This document shows positions 26,024 to 31,384 of a stretch of 31,384 bases of DNA, piece by piece. The DNA is taken from positions 1 through 31,384 of IMG/VR virus record IMGVR_UViG_3300012667_000247. One strand, given 5' to 3'. The stretch is from a virus (taxonomy: Duplodnaviria > Caudoviricetes). The stretch's first letter is position 1. Each line of letters begins with the position of its first letter. The notes beneath the pieces were generated by a model, which was not told the origin of the DNA, searched no databases, and saw only the letters and a list, made by a program, of their open reading frames with translations. Position numbers and translations under genes: made by a program.

Positions 26024-26445
26024 GAAACGAACACGAACACAGATTGCAGACGGTATTGGCCAAATATTTGGATTTGAACAATTACACGTTTTTTGCCATT
26101 CCAAACGGTGGATGGAGAAACAAAGCAGTTGCAGCCAAATTAAAGGCTGAGGGTGTGAAAGCCGGTGTGGCTGATCTGTTGATCCTTTTGCCAAATTCAA
26201 CGTTTCACGGACTATTTGTAGAGGTTAAAATCAAAGGCAATTCACAGCAACCAAACCAAAAGGTATTCGAACAGAAAGCAAGGGATTGTGGATACGAATA
26301 CATCATTGTGCGGTCATTAGATGAATTAATTGAAAAGCTAAAATACTATGAATCGCAAAGATTTATTGAACAGGATAAAATTATGGCCGCATACCGATCT
26401 GGATATGTGGATGGAAAACTTGAAAATCAAATGACAATACGATGA
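26020..26445 (+). CDS. VRR-NUC domain nuclease (putative resolvase)
   Basis: EH.LQ, FAIPNGG.R, GV.AGVADL, LFVEVK, Q..F PD-(D/E)XK motifs. Confidence 0.9.
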   Translation: MRNEHEHRLQTVLAKYLDLNNYTFFAIPNGGWRNKAVAAKLKAEGVKAGVADLLILLPNSTFHGLFVEVKIKGNSQQPNQKVFEQKARDCGYEYIIVRSLDELIEKLKYYESQRFIEQDKIMAAYRSGYVDGKLENQMTIR

Positions 26446-26576
26446 AAATAACAAAATTAAGAATAGATACCTATTTTGAAATTATACCTGCAATTACAAT
26501 TTATTTATATCCGTATTCAAAAAAATATGCAATCAGTTTTGCGTGGCTTAAATACGGATTTCACATATGTTTTTAA
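26442..26576 (+). CDS. Hypothetical protein (44 aa, MKITKLRIDTY...)
   Basis: Translated by hand; ATGA overlap with the VRR-NUC stop. Confidence 0.5.
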   Translation: MKITKLRIDTYFEIIPAITIYLYPYSKKYAISFAWLKYGFHICF

Positions 26577-26580
26577 TATT

Positions 26581-26808
26581 ATGACACCATACGAAAACGC
26601 AAAAGATTTAATTTCAATTTATCAAAAACTTTATAATGATTTTGATTTGGTGAAAGCAAAAGCCGTGGTTGAGGTAAAAGAAATTATGGAAAATGAATTA
26701 CTTTCTAATGAAGAATTGAAATATTGGAAAAATGTAGAAAGTGAAATTTATGCAACACCTGATCCCTTTATTATAAGCGAAGCAAAAGCAGATCAATTTA
26801 ATATTTAA
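26581..26808 (+). CDS. Hypothetical phage protein (MTP.E.AK.L...YW..V..EI type)
   Basis: ATG 26581 preferred over TTG 26476. Confidence 0.65.
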   Translation: MTPYENAKDLISIYQKLYNDFDLVKAKAVVEVKEIMENELLSNEELKYWKNVESEIYATPDPFIISEAKADQFNI

Positions 26809-26812
26809 ACCT

Positions 26813-27037
26813 ATGACAAACAGAGAAAAGGCCATCGAATGGGCCAATGAAAAAATTGCCGATCCTAATTTCAGCGATCAGCCCATCCGGGTAAATGCGT
26901 GGGAATTGATCCACAATCCAAAATTATTTCTGGAAACCTGCGTGGCCAGATTAATTCACGGATCAGAAATGGAAAAACGTGTGGTTTACAATAGAGTTCG
27001 AAATCTTAAAATGTTTTTCAATGGATCTGCACGATGA
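26813..27037 (+). CDS. Hypothetical protein
   Basis: 74 aa; TAAACCTATG start context. Confidence 0.65.
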   Translation: MTNREKAIEWANEKIADPNFSDQPIRVNAWELIHNPKLFLETCVARLIHGSEMEKRVVYNRVRNLKMFFNGSAR

Positions 27038-27221
27038 AGATATATTTGTCCACGGTGACATCAAATGTTCCGGTGGAATCACACGTGATGAGGCAATCGA
27101 AATTTTGCAGGACATTCAAGAAATTATGATATTCCATAAAATTGTTAGGATTGATCTGTGTATTGATCCGTACAAATTCCCCAAAGACTTATTAAATTTT
27201 GATACCTATGAAAGCAAGTAA
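27021..27221 (+). CDS. Hypothetical protein
   Basis: 66 aa from ATG 27021. Confidence 0.55.
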   Translation: MDLHDEDIFVHGDIKCSGGITRDEAIEILQDIQEIMIFHKIVRIDLCIDPYKFPKDLLNFDTYESK

Positions 27222-27594
27222 AGACAAAATCAGACTATTGACATTTTTTGCCCTGTGCCAGAATATGTTGGATTTCATTGATGGATCGTGGCACGGTCAT
27301 CCGGCTAACAAACAGGCCGTGAAAATGGTGACAAAACAAATGATCAGGGAATTGGAAAAATCAATGGCCATATTGTTTCCGCAGAATAGAAACGATGATC
27401 CGGAATTGCCTGATGCATTGGATACATTCCAAAATGCCTGCACAGCAATGGAGTCATTTTTTATGCTTGGAATGGAAATGGATGTGATGGATCAAACAAA
27501 AAAAGATTCATTGAATACACAGATCAATATTCTGTTGAAATCGCATGGGATTGATTGTTGGGAAAAACCAATGTCAAACCTATGGAAAGATTAA
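27208..27594 (+). CDS. Hypothetical protein
   Basis: 128 aa from ATG 27208 (ACCTATG context). Confidence 0.65.
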   Translation: MKASKDKIRLLTFFALCQNMLDFIDGSWHGHPANKQAVKMVTKQMIRELEKSMAILFPQNRNDDPELPDALDTFQNACTAMESFFMLGMEMDVMDQTKKDSLNTQINILLKSHGIDCWEKPMSNLWKD

Positions 27595-27666
27595 TTAAAT
27601 TTACAGCGCAGTTGGGTGATGAATAACTGTCGGATCAAAAGCACATATTTACCTAATCAATAAAAA

Positions 27667-27891
27667 ATGGAGAATAAAGAATCACAGGTTGATTTAATTA
27701 ATCAGCCCCCACACTACAAATCAGCCGGTGGCATCGAATCCATTGAGGTGATTGAATCATTCGAATTGAATTTCAATTTGGGCAATGCTATCAAATACAT
27801 CCTGCGTTGTAATAAGAAGGGCAACAAGAAACAAGATTTAGGGAAGGCGATGTGGTATATCAAACGAGAATTAGACAAATTTCAGGGATGA
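27667..27891 (+). CDS. DUF3310 family protein (SaV / T7 gp1.7-like)
   Basis: IN.PPHY...GIE.IE.I.....F.LGNAIKYI.R...KG...QDL.KA.WY signature. Confidence 0.88.
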   Translation: MENKESQVDLINQPPHYKSAGGIESIEVIESFELNFNLGNAIKYILRCNKKGNKKQDLGKAMWYIKRELDKFQG

Positions 27892-27995
27892 TAGATGATA
27901 ATTTAGTCACATTGGCTTGGTGGGTTGGTGCAATTGAAATTTCATACATTTGTGTGATGACATATATCATTTTGAACAAAAAAGATGGCAGATAA
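27888..27995 (+). CDS. Small membrane peptide (35 aa, MIDDNLVTLAWW...)
   Basis: Translated by hand; ATGA overlap; hydrophobic helix. Confidence 0.5.
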   Translation: MIDDNLVTLAWWVGAIEISYICVMTYIILNKKDGR

Positions 27996-28305
27996 AAATA
28001 AAATATCGTTTGATTTTGATGATACATTATCAACGGCAAAAGGTCAAGAGATGGCCAAAAGATTCATTGATGAAGGTAAAACCGTGTACATCATAACAGC
28101 AAGGCAACGTAGAATGTCAGCCGGTGTTTATGAGGTTGCTGATGAATTGGGAATACCACATACACGAATCTATTTCACCAATGGAGCGGATAAATGGGAA
28201 ACCATTAAGCGATTAGGCATTGGCATTCATTACGATAATAATAAAGAGCAAATAGACAAAATAAACCAAAACACAGATTGCGAAGGCCGTTTGTTTACAG
28301 CATAA
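27985..28305 (+). CDS. Minimal HAD-superfamily protein
   Basis: FDFDDTL (motif I), IITAR (II), K (III), HYDN (IV). Confidence 0.8.
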   Translation: MADKNKISFDFDDTLSTAKGQEMAKRFIDEGKTVYIITARQRRMSAGVYEVADELGIPHTRIYFTNGADKWETIKRLGIGIHYDNNKEQIDKINQNTDCEGRLFTA

Positions 28306-28349
28306 ACATTTTTGTTTATCAAAATCAGCAAAATATTAACGATAAAAAT

Positions 28350-28694
28350 ATGAGAACAGAACAAATTGCACAGGTTTGCCATGAAATAAACAAAGCATAT
28401 TGTGAGGCATTAGGTGATTATTCGCAACCAAATTGGGATGATGCGCCACAATGGCAAAAAGATTCAGCAATAATGGGTGTTGAATTTCATTTTGAAAACC
28501 CAAATGCAGGGGCAGATTCAAGTCATAATAGTTGGATGAAACAAAAGATTGATGATGGTTGGGTTTATGGTGACATTAAAGATGCGGTGGCCAAAACACA
28601 CCCTTGCATTGTTCCTTTTGAAAATTTACCATCGTCACAACAGGCAAAGGATTATTTATTTAAACAGGTTGTTCATTCATTGAAGGCATTATGA
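28350..28694 (+). CDS. RyR-domain protein
   Basis: H..WM..K..DGW.YG..KD...KTHPCIVPFE.LP...Q.KD matches the RyR repeat pattern; ATG 28350. Confidence 0.82.
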   Translation: MRTEQIAQVCHEINKAYCEALGDYSQPNWDDAPQWQKDSAIMGVEFHFENPNAGADSSHNSWMKQKIDDGWVYGDIKDAVAKTHPCIVPFENLPSSQQAKDYLFKQVVHSLKAL

Positions 28695-29203
28695 TTGAGG
28701 AAATAAACATCAAATTGATAATTCCACATCCGAATAATCCTCGATTGATTAAGGATGAGAAATTCAGGAAATTGGTGAAGTCCATTAAGGAGTTCCCTGA
28801 GATGCTACAATTGCGCCCAATCATCGTTGATGATAATTGCGTGGTGTTGGGTGGTAATATGAGATTACGTGCCTGTATTGAAGCAGGATTGAAACGTGTG
28901 CCAATCATTAAGGCATCAGCATTGACAGCCGAACAACAGAAACGATTCATCATCACAGACAATGTGGGATTTGGTGAATGGGATTGGGATTTATTGGCAA
29001 ACGATTGGGAGATGGTTGATTTGGAGGATTGGGGATTGGATTTGCCAATTTATAAGGAATTAGGAGAGGAATTGCCTGTGGACAATGATAATGAGCCAAA
29101 GGATAAATTTGTCATTGAGGTGTCATTTGAGAGCGAAGAACAAAGACAAATGGCATACAAACATTTCATTGAAAATGGACTAAATTGCTTTTGCAAAAAA
29201 TAA
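28691..29203 (+). CDS. ParB/Srx-like N-terminal domain protein
   Basis: P.NPR.I....F.KLV.SI.EF.....PI.VD....VLGG.MRL.A motif; no methyltransferase domain fused. Confidence 0.82.
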   Translation: MIEEINIKLIIPHPNNPRLIKDEKFRKLVKSIKEFPEMLQLRPIIVDDNCVVLGGNMRLRACIEAGLKRVPIIKASALTAEQQKRFIITDNVGFGEWDWDLLANDWEMVDLEDWGLDLPIYKELGEELPVDNDNEPKDKFVIEVSFESEEQRQMAYKHFIENGLNCFCKK

Positions 29204-29206
29204 ATT

Positions 29207-29572
29207 ATGGCAGTACCAAAGAGTGTGACAAAACTGAATAAAAAACGTATGTTGGAGGCCCTCGAAAAGTCTTTGGGGATTGTCACATCCGCTGCAAAGA
29301 TTGCCGACATAAACCGTTCAATGCATTACGATTGGATGCGTGATGATCCGGAATACAAAAAGGCCGTTGATGAATTATCCGATATGACGTTGGATTTTGC
29401 TGAATCGCAGTTGCACAAGCAAATCAAAGATGGAAACACAACGGCCACCATTTTTTATTTAAAGACCAAAGGCAAACAACGTGGATATGTTGAGCGCACT
29501 GAGGTTGTACACGAAACAGGCATTGAATCAGCCGTAATACAATGGACACCGGCCCAAAAAGAAAACGAATAG
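29207..29572 (+). CDS. terS: Terminase small subunit
   Basis: N-terminal HTH, AES.L...I..G...ATIFYLKTKGK.RGY.ER; overlaps TerL. Confidence 0.78.
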   Translation: MAVPKSVTKLNKKRMLEALEKSLGIVTSAAKIADINRSMHYDWMRDDPEYKKAVDELSDMTLDFAESQLHKQIKDGNTTATIFYLKTKGKQRGYVERTEVVHETGIESAVIQWTPAQKENE

Positions 29573-30726
29573 AGCAGAAATGCAACGTTCAGTTTTTCCA
29601 AACGTTAAACAGCACCAAAAGAATCAAGGTTCATCAGGGCGGTACACGTTCAGGGAAAACGTATGCCCTGTGCCAATATCTAATCTACAAATTGACATCA
29701 TCGCCAAAACCATTGGTGATTTCGATTGTGCGTAAAACATTGCCGGCCCTGAAAGGATCGGTGATGCGTGATTTTCTTGAAATCTTGGATACGTTGGGCA
29801 TTCTTTATGTGGGCCAACACAACAAATCTGAAAACACGTACACGTTTGGCAATCATGTTGTGGAATTTCTTTCAGTTGATGAGCCACAAAAAATCAGGGG
29901 TAGGAAACGAAATATTTGCTATTGCAACGAGGTCAATGAATTGGATCACGAGGATTTCCGGCAGTTGCTGATGCGTACAACGGATGAAATGATTTGCGAT
30001 TTTAATCCATCCGATCCGGTGCATTGGATTTATGATGAGGTCATCACACGTGATGATTGTGATACGTGGATCACAACCTACAAAGACAATCAGTTTTTAC
30101 CGGCTGAATTGGTGAATGAGATTGAACGGTTAAAAGCCAAAGATCCGGATTATTGGAGGGTGTACGGTGAGGGAAAACGTGCCGTGTTTAGTGATCGACA
30201 AATATTCCCTAATTGGCAATTCATTCCAAAGGGGGAATTTCCTGAATTTGATGATGTGTTTTATGGCCTCGATTTTGGATTCAGTCACGATCCAACGGCC
30301 ATTGTACAGTTGGCAAAGGTTGGTGACAAATTGTACATTCACGAAATTATGTACAAAAAGGGAATGACAAACCGGGACATTGCCGATTTCCTAAAAGAAA
30401 AGAAAATCAATGAACACATAATTTATTGTGAATCAGCCGAACCGAAATCAATTGAGGAATTAAGGCAGATGGATATTTTGGCCGTTCCTGCAATAAAAGG
30501 GGAAGGATCAATAAAAGCCGGGATTAGTTTATTAAAGGAACACGAGGTGATATGTTCATCCGAATCCCATAATTTGCACAATGAATTTCAGTTTTATTTT
30601 TGGGAGCAATTAAAGGATGGAACGATTATAAATAAGCCAATAGACAAACACAATCACCTGATGGATGCGATTCGATATGGGGTTTATACCAAATACAAAA
30701 ATCGTTCTGATTTTTTTGTGGTTTAA
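29542..30726 (+). CDS. terL: Terminase large subunit, PBSX/SPP1-like family
   Basis: Walker A QGGTRSGKT, Walker B CYCNE, DFNP, nuclease GLDFG..HDP, NHLMDAIRY. Confidence 0.95.
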   Translation: MDTGPKRKRIEQKCNVQFFQTLNSTKRIKVHQGGTRSGKTYALCQYLIYKLTSSPKPLVISIVRKTLPALKGSVMRDFLEILDTLGILYVGQHNKSENTYTFGNHVVEFLSVDEPQKIRGRKRNICYCNEVNELDHEDFRQLLMRTTDEMICDFNPSDPVHWIYDEVITRDDCDTWITTYKDNQFLPAELVNEIERLKAKDPDYWRVYGEGKRAVFSDRQIFPNWQFIPKGEFPEFDDVFYGLDFGFSHDPTAIVQLAKVGDKLYIHEIMYKKGMTNRDIADFLKEKKINEHIIYCESAEPKSIEELRQMDILAVPAIKGEGSIKAGISLLKEHEVICSSESHNLHNEFQFYFWEQLKDGTIINKPIDKHNHLMDAIRYGVYTKYKNRSDFFVV

Positions 30727-30731
30727 TTATG

Positions 30732-30739
30732 TATTTTTG
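30732..30739 (+). promoter_or_regulatory. -7 promoter box TATTTTTG before the portal gene
   Basis: Intergenic TAnnTTTG ~20 nt before ATG 30759. Confidence 0.5.
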
Positions 30740-30758
30740 AGAAAAAAAAGCGATACAA

Positions 30759-31384
30759 ATGGCATCAATCATTGATACATTCAAACAATCCATTGCCAAA
30801 GCATTATCAAGTGGCACAAATGAGGCGTACAATAAACTGATTTATACGTGGCTAGGCACTAACATCATAATGAATGAGGATAATGATACCACATACATTC
30901 GTGATGGTTATCAACGAAATGCCACCATTTATTCAATCATTAACCTGATTGTTAAGGCAGCGACCACAATCCCTGTATCTGTTTACCGTGTCACAAACGA
31001 AGGCACAGCAAAGCAATACAAGGCGATGACATCAGGTGTGATGGATGGCCCGGCAATCTACAAAGCCAATATTTTACGCAAAAGAGCATTTGAGGAAATA
31101 AAGGATTCGGATTTAGAGGCATTATTAATGCGACCAAACCCGGAACAATCGTTTTCTGCATGGTTGGGTGAAATTGTTGCATTCGGTAAATTAACAGGAA
31201 ACCGTTACATCTACGGCATCGGGCCGGATTCAGGGCCAAATGCAGGTAAATTTACTGAGTTGTACAATTTACCTTCACAATTGGTTGAAATCGTTTCGGG
31301 TGGTGTGATGCAACCGGTGGCAGGATACAAAATACAATACAATTCAATGATTGAGGTTGCGCCCGAATTGGTGTGCCACATTAA
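30759..31384 (+). CDS. Portal protein, N-terminal part (continues at the window start)
   Basis: Translated by hand: MASIIDTFKQ...YQRNATIYSIINLI...LLMRPNPEQS...GNRYIY. 196 codons to ATG 31347, which equals position 18. Confidence 0.92.
   Translation, partial: MASIIDTFKQSIAKALSSGTNEAYNKLIYTWLGTNIIMNEDNDTTYIRDGYQRNATIYSIINLIVKAATTIPVSVYRVTNEGTAKQYKAMTSGVMDGPAIYKANILRKRAFEEIKDSDLEALLMRPNPEQSFSAWLGEIVAFGKLTGNRYIYGIGPDSGPNAGKFTELYNLPSQLVEIVSGGVMQPVAGYKIQYNSMIEVAPELVCHI
31330..31384. repeat. Terminal direct repeat, right copy
   Basis: Identical to 1-55. Confidence 0.95.

Noticed and set aside
27601-27660. Known riboswitch or hammerhead ribozyme
   Set aside because: It lacks the conserved cores I could check by eye (CUGAUGA...GAAA, SAM-II/V, preQ1).
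28691-29203. ParB as evidence of a plasmid-prophage partition system
   Set aside because: No ParA or parS array is seen, and ParB-like genes next to terS are common in phages.
61-31239. Minus-strand and nested ORFs in the six-frame track
   Set aside because: All shadow well-supported + strand genes and show no recognisable motifs.
31330-31384. 55-bp terminal repeat as a biological DTR or att site
   Set aside because: It falls mid-portal, and its length equals a common assembler k-mer. It is best explained as circular overlap.
1-31384. Stop-codon reassignment
   Set aside because: Genes are full length in the standard code. TAG ends the portal, capsid and endolysin genes, and TGA ends several genes at sensible positions.

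Overview
The window is an apparently complete, circular ~31.3 kb tailed-phage genome. Bases 1-55 are identical to 31330-31384, and the portal gene runs in frame across that junction. All credible genes are on the + strand. Order: TerS, PBSX-type TerL, HK97-like portal, MuF, prohead protease, major capsid, head-tail genes, lysis cassette (holin-like, M15 endolysin, u-spanin), 1416-aa tail fibre, two tail-tube paralogues, -1 frameshifted tail chaperone, tape measure, tail-tip protein, a stand-alone metallophosphoesterase, then an early/middle region (ERF, SSB-like, DUF4373-like initiator with internal iterons, XRE HTH, VRR-NUC, DUF3310, HAD, RyR, ParB-like). I found no integrase. Recurrent TAnnTTTG promoter boxes and SD-less A-rich leaders point to a Bacteroidota host (inference). 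The most unusual signal is non-coding. A structured ~110-nt segment at the end of the late operon (18881-18994) carries two tracts antisense to the start-codon regions of many phage genes (best matches 17/18, 16/17, 14/14 and 13/13 nt), which suggests a multi-target antisense RNA. Also notable are a kissing-loop leader RNA upstream of the replication genes and a 32-bp palindromic promoter shared by the capsid operon and the phosphoesterase. Family assignments come from motif recognition only; no database searches were run.
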